Below, piece by piece: positions 53,222 through 62,300 of a stretch of 64,000 bases of DNA; the first letter of the stretch is position 1, and the number at the start of each line of letters is the position of its first letter. The notes beneath the pieces are model-generated. The model had not been told where the DNA came from. It ran no database searches and saw nothing but the letters and a program-made list of their open reading frames with translations. Origin of the DNA: an uncultured Spirochaetales bacterium (GTDB taxonomy: Bacteria > Spirochaetota > Spirochaetia > Sphaerochaetales > Sphaerochaetaceae); contig CASDRY010000143.1 in the NCBI GenBank assembly GCA_949283235.1, positions 3,401 through 67,400 on the forward strand, read 5' to 3'. Made by a program: the position numbers and the translations under genes.

Positions 53222-54478
53222 ATGGAAATAAAAAGAGATAAATATATCAAGGATCTCATTAACCAACGGAAAAATGGCTTTATAAAGATTATAACCGGAA
53301 TAAGAAGAGTCGGAAAATCCTATATTCTCAACAGGCTTTTCTACAAATACCTCATAAATGATGGTATTCCCAACGACCATATTATACAGATTGAACTCGA
53401 TAAAAGAGAAAACAAACACTTGCGAGATCCTGACAAACTATACGAGTACATTCTTTCCAATATTACCGACAAAGACGAATACGTGGTGCTTCTTGATGAA
53501 ATCCAGCTTGTGCCGGAATTCGAGGATATTCTGAATTCTCTTCTACATTATGAGAATCTAGACATCTATGTGACAGGCAGCAATTCAAAGTTCCTATCAT
53601 CAGATATAATAACTGAATTCAGAGGAAGAAGCCGTGAAATCCATATTCTGCCATTGTCATGGTCGGAGTTCATTGAAGTCTATCAGGGAGATCCATCCAT
53701 GGCTTGGGAGGAATACTATACCTATGGGGGACTACCTCAGGTTGTACTTGCTGCATCTCGCAAAGAAAAAGAAAATATACTGGAAGAGCTATATGAACTT
53801 GTTTATATCAAGGATATTGTTGACAGGTATAAAATCAAGAATCCAGAAAATCTCTCAGAGCTCATCTCCGTACTTGCCTCAGGAACTGGATCTTTAACCA
53901 ACACAGAAAAGATTGCCAATACATTCACCAGCATCAAGAAAAAGAAAATGAGTGAAAGCACTATAAATCGTTATATCAACTACTTAACAGACTCCTTCAT
54001 GATAAAAGAAGTAAAACGTTACGATTTAAAAGGCAAAAAATATATTGGCGCATTGAGGAAATACTACTTTGAAGATACAGGTCTGAGAAATGCTAAACTT
54101 GGTTTTATGCAGACAGAAGTTAATCATCTTATGGAGGCAATCGTCTTTAATGAACTTAGATACAGAGGCTACAATGCCAGAATCGGAATTATTGAGATGA
54201 ATTACACAAACAGCAAAGGAAGCAGAGCAAAAAAACAGCTGGAAGTAGATTTCTATGCAACCCAGCATGACAGTAATTTCTACATTCAATGCACGCTTTC
54301 GCTAAAAGATACGGAGAAGAGACTGCAAGAAGAACGTCCATTCCTTCTCATAAAGGATTCTTACAAGAAGATGATAATAGTAGAAGATAATGTAATTCCA
54401 CATAATGATGAAAACGGAATCTTCATAGTCTCAATAAAAGACTTCCTGACAAAAGAAAGCTTCATCGAATTCTTCTGA
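53222..54478 (+). CDS. COG1373-type AAA ATPase (AAA_14 N-terminus plus DUF4143-like C-terminus)
   Basis: Walker A GIRRVGKSYIL, Walker B VLLDEIQ, and the TGSNSKFL...GRS...PLSWSEF pattern. Start moved to the ATG at 53222 (MEIKRDKY...), because the listed 53174 start would translate through palindrome copy 2. Confidence 0.75.
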   Translation: MEIKRDKYIKDLINQRKNGFIKIITGIRRVGKSYILNRLFYKYLINDGIPNDHIIQIELDKRENKHLRDPDKLYEYILSNITDKDEYVVLLDEIQLVPEFEDILNSLLHYENLDIYVTGSNSKFLSSDIITEFRGRSREIHILPLSWSEFIEVYQGDPSMAWEEYYTYGGLPQVVLAASRKEKENILEELYELVYIKDIVDRYKIKNPENLSELISVLASGTGSLTNTEKIANTFTSIKKKKMSESTINRYINYLTDSFMIKEVKRYDLKGKKYIGALRKYYFEDTGLRNAKLGFMQTEVNHLMEAIVFNELRYRGYNARIGIIEMNYTNSKGSRAKKQLEVDFYATQHDSNFYIQCTLSLKDTEKRLQEERPFLLIKDSYKKMIIVEDNVIPHNDENGIFIVSIKDFLTKESFIEFF

Positions 54479-54489
54479 ACAGCAAGAGA

Positions 54490-54510
54490 CACTCCCCTTT
54501 TAAGGGAGTG
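54490..54510. terminator. hairpin between the convergent AAA ATPase and dhaL genes
   Basis: CACTCCC-cttttaa-GGGAGTG. The flanking T-tracts are only moderate. Confidence 0.45.
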
Positions 54511-54521
54511 CCTTGCATAAT

Positions 54522-55136
54522 TCATACAGCTTCTTTCATTCCCTCGAATATTATTGCGACAGCCTTCGCTCCTGGATCTGCTATAGTTCTGGAATCTTCT
54601 CCACGAACTGCAATCCTTCCATGTTTTGCGATCATATTCTTGGTGTTCTCAAAACCCTGATCTGCAGCTGCAACAGCCTCTGAAAGAGCTTTAGATGGAT
54701 TCTCCGAAGCATTATTCTCAAGAGCTCTCAACCCTGGAAGAAGGCTATCGAGGGCTGTCTTCTCGCCTTCTTTTGCACCGCCCATTTCCATTATTGCATC
54801 GGCAAAGCCATGGAACATTCTGCAAAGATCTTCTACAGAGAACTCATTGCTTCCTCGCAGGATTTTTCCACCATGCATGAATCCTGTAGCAAGCAGTGTA
54901 CCCATTGAAGAAGGAGCCTCTGATGAAAGCACCTTTCCAACCTGATAGAAAAGCTTTCCGACATCAGATTCTTCTGAAGTAATTATCCTATCTCTTACCT
55001 TTATGAATCCATCACTGAGAACAAGACCGATGTCCCCATCGCCTGCAACGCTATCGAGCTCAACCAGCGCATCTCGATTAGCAAGAAAGAGATCTGCCCA
55101 TTTCTCTGTAAACTTCTTGATTGTATCTGCGTTCAT
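54522..55136 (-). CDS. dhaL: dihydroxyacetone kinase, ADP-binding subunit
   Basis: DhaL motif DSVAGDGDIG. About 204 aa from the ATG at 55136, which has GAGGAG upstream. Confidence 0.85.
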   Translation of the reverse strand: MNADTIKKFTEKWADLFLANRDALVELDSVAGDGDIGLVLSDGFIKVRDRIITSEESDVGKLFYQVGKVLSSEAPSSMGTLLATGFMHGGKILRGSNEFSVEDLCRMFHGFADAIMEMGGAKEGEKTALDSLLPGLRALENNASENPSKALSEAVAAADQGFENTKNMIAKHGRIAVRGEDSRTIADPGAKAVAIIFEGMKEAV

Positions 55137-55146
55137 CCTGTACTCC

Positions 55147-56157
55147 TCAGAATTGCTTAAAGAATGGCGTGTTTGCAGGTTTATCAAGAAGACGCTTCAG
55201 TTCATCATCCAGCTTGAAAATCGAAATTGACAGACCTGCCATCTCAAGGGAAGTAGCAAACTCCCCAACATATGTACGATGAACATTCAATTGCTTTTCC
55301 TTCAGTCTTTTGCTAACACAGCCATAAACAAGGTACTGCTCTTCTAAAGGTGTTGCTCCAAGCCCATTAACAAGAACAGCAACCTCATCACCTGCGGCGA
55401 ATGGCAGATCGGGGAGGATTTTCCCAAGCATCTCATCTACAACTTCATTCGCACTCATAAGCTTGCATCTTTTGATTCCAGGCTCTCCATGTATTCCCAT
55501 TCCAAGCTCCATTTCATCTTCAGCGATTGTGAAACTTGGTTTACCAACTCTTGGTACAGTACATGGACTTAGAGCAACGCCCATCGTTCTCACATTGTGA
55601 GATGCACGCTCAGCAATTGCCTTGACTTCTTCCAGTGACATTCCCTCATCAGCAGCGGCACCGGCACATTTATATACAAAGAATATACCTGCCACACCTC
55701 TCCTGATTCCAACCTCCCCAGGTTCCGGAACAGGACCAGATGCCACATCATCACCAGCAATAACAGAGGCTGTTTCTATGTCATATTCCATATCAGCCAT
55801 CTCACCAGCCATCTTGAAATTATATTTATCGCCGTTGTAATTACCAAGTATATATAAAACACCTTTACCTGCTTCTACAGCCTTGGTTACAGTGAGCATA
55901 TCATCAGCACTAGGAGACTGGAAAATTCCTCCGATTGCACAACCATCAAGCATTCCATCTCCGACATAGCCAAGAAAAAGAGGAAGATGTCCACTGCCTC
56001 CACCTGTCACGATCGCAACTTTATTCTCTTTTTTGTGACAACTTACCAGGCAGGTTGGCTTATCATCTGCATAAGTAATCTGATCTCCATGCGCGGCATA
56101 AAGTCCCTCAAGCATTTCAGGAATGAAGTCCTCTGCGCGATTCATCAGCTTTTTCAT
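55147..56157 (-). CDS. dhaK: dihydroxyacetone kinase, Dha-binding subunit
   Basis: MKKLMN..., TGGGSGHLPLF, and the conserved His region typical of DhaK. 336 aa. Confidence 0.88.
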   Translation of the reverse strand: MKKLMNRAEDFIPEMLEGLYAAHGDQITYADDKPTCLVSCHKKENKVAIVTGGGSGHLPLFLGYVGDGMLDGCAIGGIFQSPSADDMLTVTKAVEAGKGVLYILGNYNGDKYNFKMAGEMADMEYDIETASVIAGDDVASGPVPEPGEVGIRRGVAGIFFVYKCAGAAADEGMSLEEVKAIAERASHNVRTMGVALSPCTVPRVGKPSFTIAEDEMELGMGIHGEPGIKRCKLMSANEVVDEMLGKILPDLPFAAGDEVAVLVNGLGATPLEEQYLVYGCVSKRLKEKQLNVHRTYVGEFATSLEMAGLSISIFKLDDELKRLLDKPANTPFFKQF

Positions 56158-56186
56158 GTTTGCTCCTTTTGTTTGTAGATATTGAT

Positions 56187-56223
56187 AATGAAAATCAGAT
56201 GGAAAGACTCAGCTCTCCATCTG
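56187..56223 (-). terminator. intrinsic terminator after the ABC substrate-binding gene
   Basis: Minus-strand CAGAUGGA-12 nt-UCCAUCUG (56223..56196), followed by AUUUUCAUU. Confidence 0.6.
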
Positions 56224-56235
56224 AAAATGAGTTAA

Positions 56236-57813
56236 TTAATTTGCTTCGATAGGACGAACAAACTGGAATCTTGGCTGTCCGTTCTTATCAAGATCAAGCC
56301 CCGTAAGTGTTGCACGAGCACCAATTGTCTCATAAACATATCCAACAGGAATCCATGGAAGCTCTGCACGAAGAATATCCTGCATCTCCGCGTAGATTTC
56401 ACGGCGCTTTTCCTGATCTGTCTCGTAGCGGCCAGCATCAGCAAGCTTGTCAAATTCAGGATTCTTATATCCGCCATAGTTTGTAGAGAATCCAGCTGTT
56501 GAATAGAACTTGTCATAATACATATCACCATCATTTGCGAGACAGACGAAGCCACCGATAGCGAAATTGGTATCGCCTCTCTGAACCTTGTCATAATAAG
56601 TTGCAATATCCATTACCTGGATCTCAACATTCACGTTAAGTGCTGCCCAGGCATTCTTAAGCATCTCACACATAGCAACACGATCACTGGAATCCTTTGT
56701 TATGATTGTTGCATTGAAGCCATCTGCGTATCCGGCCTCTGCCATAAGCGCCTTAGCCTTCTCAAGATCATATGTGTACTTAAGATCATCCGGACATGGT
56801 ACATAAAACTGATTTGCAGATGTTACAATACCATCAGCAGGCGTTGCTGTAGCACCATATGCAAGCTTGACCATGTTATCAAGATCGATAGCATATCTGA
56901 GAGCCTGTCTTACTCTTACATCTGATAGAGGCTCAAGAGTTGTTCCATTGAGAACAATGTACTCAAGGGTCATGCCAGGGAAGAGATATACATTGCAAAG
57001 GTCTGAATTCTGGAGATATTCAATCTGGCTTGCCTGTATTCCGATAACAACATCAACCTCTCCTGTCTCAAGAGCCATGGAACGAGTTGTATCATCAGCA
57101 ATAGTTCTGATTACAAGGTTGCTGAAATATGGCTTCTCTCCCCAGTAGTTCTCATTACGTACAAAAGATACACTATCTCCAGCTACCCACTCTGTGAATA
57201 CCCATGGACCTGTTCCCATTGGATGGCGGATGAAGTAGTTGTAATCATGTGATTCGAAATAGTTCTTATTAACAATGAGCCAGCCATTATCAACCATCAT
57301 AGAAAGGAGCGCTGGATATGGTCCGAATGTGCGGATATCAATGGTGTATTTATCAACTATCTCACAATTCTCAGCATCGATAGCACCCCAGCAATATTCC
57401 TTTGAAAGGCTCTCCACACCTCTCTGGATGGTAAAGAGAACATCTTCAGTAGTAAGCTCTGTTCCATCATGCCAAAGCACTCCCTCACGAAGCTTTACAC
57501 GGAGAGTAGTGTCATCAATCTGCTCCCAGCTTTCAGCAAGCCATGGCTCTATTTCATTAGTCTCATTGTTCATGCGAACAAGACCTTCATAGACCTGTAC
57601 ATTTATAATTGCATCAGGCTGAGTAACTGCATCCCCCTGAGGATCAAGCTGAGCCGCCTCACTTACCATAGCAGCTGTAAGCGTGTCAGGAACTGCGGTG
57701 ACAGGGAATCCTGAAGGGAGTCCTGTTCCTCCTTCACTCTCAGAACTTCCACCTGCAATGACAGGAGCCACAAGCAAGCAAAGGACAAAAAGGGCCGCAA
57801 GTGTCTTCTTCAT
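56236..57813 (-). CDS. ABC transporter substrate-binding protein, family 5 (Opp/Dpp/Nik-like)
   Basis: Signal peptide with Cys (ALFVLCLLVAPVIAGGSS). 525 aa with family-5 SBP features. SD AGGAGGAAG. Confidence 0.85.
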   Translation of the reverse strand: MKKTLAALFVLCLLVAPVIAGGSSESEGGTGLPSGFPVTAVPDTLTAAMVSEAAQLDPQGDAVTQPDAIINVQVYEGLVRMNNETNEIEPWLAESWEQIDDTTLRVKLREGVLWHDGTELTTEDVLFTIQRGVESLSKEYCWGAIDAENCEIVDKYTIDIRTFGPYPALLSMMVDNGWLIVNKNYFESHDYNYFIRHPMGTGPWVFTEWVAGDSVSFVRNENYWGEKPYFSNLVIRTIADDTTRSMALETGEVDVVIGIQASQIEYLQNSDLCNVYLFPGMTLEYIVLNGTTLEPLSDVRVRQALRYAIDLDNMVKLAYGATATPADGIVTSANQFYVPCPDDLKYTYDLEKAKALMAEAGYADGFNATIITKDSSDRVAMCEMLKNAWAALNVNVEIQVMDIATYYDKVQRGDTNFAIGGFVCLANDGDMYYDKFYSTAGFSTNYGGYKNPEFDKLADAGRYETDQEKRREIYAEMQDILRAELPWIPVGYVYETIGARATLTGLDLDKNGQPRFQFVRPIEAN

Positions 57814-57848
57814 AAACTTCCTCCTATTTCCTTTTTATTTGTTTCCAC

Positions 57849-58673
57849 TCAGTCTGGAAGACGTTTCCTTTCATACTCTGCAGCGGCCCATCCAAAGCAC
57901 ATCCATGCTTCATCTTTGCCAACCTCGAGAGTGCGATCAAGCGTCTTCTTATAATTCTCCATATCTCCATTCACGAGATAATAATTAGCAACTCCAAAAC
58001 CTTGTGTTGTAACACTTAGAATAGGTTCTGGATCATTCGGGATCGTCATAGCCTCTTCTGGAGTGATTTCTCCTTTATATAATCGGATAAGCCTAAGATA
58101 GTTATCAGTTCCATCCATATCCCAAGAAGAATCGACAGCCTTTATAAGCTCTGCAGCTTCTTCTTTTCTACCCTGACGCATCATAGTGATCCAGCGCCAG
58201 TTAAGAAGAGCGACTGTCAGAGATTTTGTTGTAGGAATCTGTGCACACTGAACATATGCCTTATCAGCTAATGCAGTATTTCCGATTATCAGATTGCAAA
58301 GACCAAGATGATACCAGACATACCAGTTCTCAGGAATCAGACGAGAAGCCATTGCAAAATCAGCACATGCCTTTTCAAAATCCCCAGCATTGATATATCT
58401 CCTGCCACGCATGCTGAAATTCACCCCGCTTGTAGGATCGAAAATCATTGCTTTTGAAAGAGACGCAATGGACTCCCTTACAAGATGCTGAGAAGCGACA
58501 ACATCTGAACGACGGCGAAGCAAATCACAAACATCTGGAAGGATGTCATAATAATTCCACTTGCCATAAAGCTCATCTATCTGTTTATCAAGAGCCTTTA
58601 CATCATCTGACAATTCAATATCAGATTTGAAAATAACCTGTGATTCTCTAGTTATCTCATTTGCTTTGTGCAT
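57849..58673 (-). CDS. cytoplasmic TPR-like repeat protein, paralogue 1 (most divergent)
   Basis: Shares ...AS.LIPENW.VWYHLGL... and the C-terminal GFG.ANYYL.NG...W..FG block with the two upstream genes. ATG at 58673 with GAGAGG upstream. No signal peptide. Confidence 0.7.
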   Translation of the reverse strand: MHKANEITRESQVIFKSDIELSDDVKALDKQIDELYGKWNYYDILPDVCDLLRRRSDVVASQHLVRESIASLSKAMIFDPTSGVNFSMRGRRYINAGDFEKACADFAMASRLIPENWYVWYHLGLCNLIIGNTALADKAYVQCAQIPTTKSLTVALLNWRWITMMRQGRKEEAAELIKAVDSSWDMDGTDNYLRLIRLYKGEITPEEAMTIPNDPEPILSVTTQGFGVANYYLVNGDMENYKKTLDRTLEVGKDEAWMCFGWAAAEYERKRLPD

Positions 58674-58683
58674 ACTCAACCTC

Positions 58684-59493
58684 TCACATTCCCCTGCAGA
58701 CTTTAGTGTAATAAGCGCCTGCAAATCCAAAACTATTCCATGCGGTGTCCTTACCAACCTCAAGAACATAATCTATGATTTTGTGATAGTGATCGGCATC
58801 GCCCAAGCCAAGGAAATGACAAGCAAGACCGAATCCATGGGTACAGACATTGAAAATTCTTTCAGTCCTATCCTCTTCAGAAAGTCCTTCCGGGATTTCC
58901 AGCAAATCCTGTTCTGTCAGCTTTCCTTTGTAGAAGTTAATCATTTCAAGATATCCCGCGTTGTAATCAGTTGTTGTCATATCATCAGGGATTCTTTTCA
59001 GAACTTCTTTGGCCTCATCAATCTTGCCTTGCAGCATTAAACATACATAAGTCCAGTTAGTAAGAGGAATTATATTAGTATCTCTTTCACTTGTAACAAA
59101 TGCGCATTTCTTATACGCAAGTTCAGCAAGCGGATAATTTCCAAGAAGGACAAGCGTAAGACCAAGATGATACCAGACATCCCAGTTCTCAGGAATCAAA
59201 CGTGAAGCAATCGTAAGATCTGCGCATGCTTCAGGGATTTCCGCAACATTTATATGCCTGTGACCGCGCCAGCGATAATATATTCCGCACATCGGATCTA
59301 TTGCGATAGCTCTTGAAAATGAATCAATTGCATCGCGCATTAAACGCTCATTTCCAAGCAACTGCCCTCTCTTGAACCATAACTCAGCATCAAGAGGTGA
59401 TTCTTTCAGTTGTTTATCTATTTCATTTACAGCAGCTGGAAATTCCTTTGTAAGTGCTGTTATCTTCTGCGATTCGCTAGATGCTTTCATCAT
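58684..59493 (-). CDS. cytoplasmic TPR-like repeat protein, paralogue 2
   Basis: AIAIDPMCGIYYRWRGHRHIN...ASRLIPENWDVWYHLGL. SD AAGGAGGAG. No signal peptide. Confidence 0.7.
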   Translation of the reverse strand: MMKASSESQKITALTKEFPAAVNEIDKQLKESPLDAELWFKRGQLLGNERLMRDAIDSFSRAIAIDPMCGIYYRWRGHRHINVAEIPEACADLTIASRLIPENWDVWYHLGLTLVLLGNYPLAELAYKKCAFVTSERDTNIIPLTNWTYVCLMLQGKIDEAKEVLKRIPDDMTTTDYNAGYLEMINFYKGKLTEQDLLEIPEGLSEEDRTERIFNVCTHGFGLACHFLGLGDADHYHKIIDYVLEVGKDTAWNSFGFAGAYYTKVCRGM

Positions 59494-59512
59494 AGATACT
59501 CCTCCTTATCCT

Positions 59513-60310
59513 TTACTTTCTCGTTCGCTGAATATAACTAGCAGACGAATAACCGAAGCAGTTCCATGCTTTTGTGCCGTTCTCTACAATAAAATCAATT
59601 GTCTCGTCATATTTCTCACGCTGACCATTAATCAGGTAGTAATTAGCAAGGCCAAAAGCCTGAGTCATAATCGTAAGATCTGGCTCCTCATCGTTATCAT
59701 CAGCTTTAAGAAGCTCTTCCGGAGCAATATCACCTTTATATGCAAGACACATCTTCAGGTAACATGCATCCGGTCCAGTCACTATACCAGGGCGAATATA
59801 CTTCTCAAGAAGAGCATTTGCTTCATCCTTTCTTCCCAGCAAGGAAAGATTTATCCATGACCAATTAACCAACGCTACTCGCTTCTGATCAATCATGTAC
59901 ATTTCCCAGCACTTTTTATGGGCATAATTTGCAGCTTCTCTTCTTCCGAGAACGGTGTTGCAGAGACCAAGATGATACCAGACATCCCAGTTATCAGGGA
60001 TAAGATGGCTAGCTACCATGAAATCCGCAGCGGCCTCTTCAACATCTCCGCAATTCAGATGTCTATGACCACGCCAGCGATAATAAATACCACAGAATGG
60101 ATCTATAGCAATTGCACGCGACAAAGCCTCGATAGCCTCACGCATATTGCCCATAGAGGCAAGAATACCAGCCCTCTCAAACCAAAGCTTGGCATTCTCA
60201 GGTTCCAGCTTGTTCGCTTCGAACTCTTTATCATTTTCTTTCAAAGCATCAGTCTGCTCTACCTGGCAGCGAGGCCAGATACACTGAGTATTTTTTGCAG
60301 GTTTTGCCAT
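59513..60310 (-). CDS. cytoplasmic TPR-like repeat protein, paralogue 3
   Basis: AIAIDPFCGIYYRWRGHRHLN...ASHLIPDNWDVWYHLGL. The ATG at 60310 has AAGGAGGTG 6 nt upstream; the listed 60337 start is a TTG. Confidence 0.7.
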   Translation of the reverse strand: MAKPAKNTQCIWPRCQVEQTDALKENDKEFEANKLEPENAKLWFERAGILASMGNMREAIEALSRAIAIDPFCGIYYRWRGHRHLNCGDVEEAAADFMVASHLIPDNWDVWYHLGLCNTVLGRREAANYAHKKCWEMYMIDQKRVALVNWSWINLSLLGRKDEANALLEKYIRPGIVTGPDACYLKMCLAYKGDIAPEELLKADDNDEEPDLTIMTQAFGLANYYLINGQREKYDETIDFIVENGTKAWNCFGYSSASYIQRTRK

Positions 60311-60349
60311 TGTCACACCTCCTTGTCCTGACAACAACTTTCGATTTTC

Positions 60350-61306
60350 CTAGTCCCCAGCTCCTATATGATGACAAGCGCAGAAATGCTTCGGGGAGAC
60401 TTCCTTCAATTCCGGATCCTCATTGAAGCAGACTTCTGTTGCGTATCTGCATCTAGGAGCGAAACGACATCCTGGTTTTGGATTAATCGGAGAAGTTATC
60501 TCCCCTTTCAGGATTATCCTTTTTCTCTCTACATTGATGCTTGGTATAGGAATTGCTGACAGAAGAGCTTGCGTATATGGATGCAATCTCTTCACAAAGA
60601 GCTCTTTAGCTGGAGAGTATTCAACAACCTTTCCAAGATACATTACGCAGATTTCATCTGAAATATGCCTTACAACAGACAAATCATGAGTAATGAAAAT
60701 ATAGGTGAAGCCCATATTATCCTGAAGATCCTGTAAAAGGTTGAGTATCTGGGCCTGAATCGAAACATCCAGCGCTGATACCGGCTCATCGCAGACAATG
60801 AACTTGGGCTTCAATACAAGAGCTCTTGCTATTCCGATACGCTGTCTTCTTCCTCCATCAAGCTCATGCGGATAACTATCAGCAAGACGAGAGGCAAGGC
60901 CAACAAGATCCATTGTCCTTCTGACTGTTGCCTTAATCTCTTCTTTCGATTTAACTAACCCATAAATCTGAAGCGGTTCGGCAATTGCCTGAGACACACT
61001 CATACGAGGATTAAGAGATGAGAATGGGTCCTGGAATATCATCTGCATATTGCGTCTTAGCTCATGCAATCTATGCTTATCAACCTCTGTGATATTCTCT
61101 CCCTCAAACCAGATTTCTCCAGATGTAGGAGGAATAAGATGGATCAAAGTACGGCCAAGTGTACTCTTTCCACATCCTGATTCACCTACTACGCCAAGAG
61201 TTTTCTTCTCCTCCAAAGTAAAACTGATATCATCAACCGCATGGAGAGTTCCCGCTGGTACTTTGAAATATTTCTTAAGATTCTTTACTTCCAGCAACGT
61301 ACTCAT
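60350..61306 (-). CDS. ABC importer ATPase (OppF/DppF-like)
   Basis: Walker A GESGCGKST, signature LDGGRRQRIGIARAL, Walker B FIVCDEPVSALD, and the C-terminal oligopeptide-type extension. Confidence 0.88.
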   Translation of the reverse strand: MSTLLEVKNLKKYFKVPAGTLHAVDDISFTLEEKKTLGVVGESGCGKSTLGRTLIHLIPPTSGEIWFEGENITEVDKHRLHELRRNMQMIFQDPFSSLNPRMSVSQAIAEPLQIYGLVKSKEEIKATVRRTMDLVGLASRLADSYPHELDGGRRQRIGIARALVLKPKFIVCDEPVSALDVSIQAQILNLLQDLQDNMGFTYIFITHDLSVVRHISDEICVMYLGKVVEYSPAKELFVKRLHPYTQALLSAIPIPSINVERKRIILKGEITSPINPKPGCRFAPRCRYATEVCFNEDPELKEVSPKHFCACHHIGAGD

Positions 61307-62286
61307 TCTTTAACCTCTCCTTTGCCTTTAAAAAGACAGCACCTGACAAAATGTCCGGGTTCTATCTCTATATAAGGTGGTTCACCCTCCTTACAATGCT
61401 CAGTACATGAGTTGCATCGAACAGAAAAACTGCAATAATTCGGAAGCCTGCTTGGATCAGGCATAAGCCCAGGAATTGGCTGAAGCCTTTCTACGTCCTT
61501 ATCCAGACTTGGAAGCGAGTTGAAAAGGCCTATCGTATAAGGATGCTTCGGATTGAGGAAAATGTGCTCAAGAGTTCCGAACTCCACAATTTCGCCTGCA
61601 TACATGATAGCAACCTTGTCACATGTCTCAGCGACAACACCGAGATCATGAGTGATGAGAATCATCGATGTTTTGAAATCCTCTTTAAGCTTCCTGATCA
61701 TATCAAGAATCTGGGCCTGGATTGTAACATCAAGAGCAGTTGTCGGCTCATCTGCAATAAGCAATGTAGGATTGCATGCCAATGCAATAGCAATGACAAC
61801 ACGCTGTCTCATTCCACCGGAGAACTGATGCGGATACTCATTGAATCTCTCTCCTGGAATTCCAACCATCTCAAGCATTTTCGTTGCCCGGACCATCGCT
61901 TCTGCAGCAGAGCATTTATCATGAAGCTTTATAACTTCCATTATCTGCTTTCCTACAGTCATAACAGGGTTGAGGGAAGTCATAGGATCCTGGAAGATCA
62001 TTGAAACCTTCTTACCACGGATATCGCGTAGTTCATGCTTGGATTTCTTTGTCAGTTCCTCGCCATCAAGCTCAATACTTCCCTGAATTATGTGTCCAGG
62101 AGGATCAGGAATGAGCTGCATGATGCTAAGTGCAAGCGTTGTCTTTCCAGCACCTGTTTCACCAACAATACCAAGAGTCTCACCTCTCTCCATTGAAAGC
62201 GAAACATTATTAACAGCTTCGACAACTTCTGCTTCGAGCTCATAATGTACAACTAGGTTCTTTATATTAAGAAATGGTTCAGACAT
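61303..62286 (-). CDS. ABC importer ATPase (OppD/DppD-like)
   Basis: Walker [10 protein letters not shown], signature [15 protein letters not shown], Walker [13 protein letters not shown], and a Cys-containing C-terminal extension. Confidence 0.88.
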   Translation of the reverse strand: MSEPFLNIKNLVVHYELEAEVVEAVNNVSLSMERGETLGIVGETGAGKTTLALSIMQLIPDPPGHIIQGSIELDGEELTKKSKHELRDIRGKKVSMIFQDPMTSLNPVMTVGKQIMEVIKLHDKCSAAEAMVRATKMLEMVGIPGERFNEYPHQFSGGMRQRVVIAIALACNPTLLIADEPTTALDVTIQAQILDMIRKLKEDFKTSMILITHDLGVVAETCDKVAIMYAGEIVEFGTLEHIFLNPKHPYTIGLFNSLPSLDKDVERLQPIPGLMPDPSRLPNYCSFSVRCNSCTEHCKEGEPPYIEIEPGHFVRCCLFKGKGEVKE

Positions 62287-62300
62287 CTATAAACTCCCGA

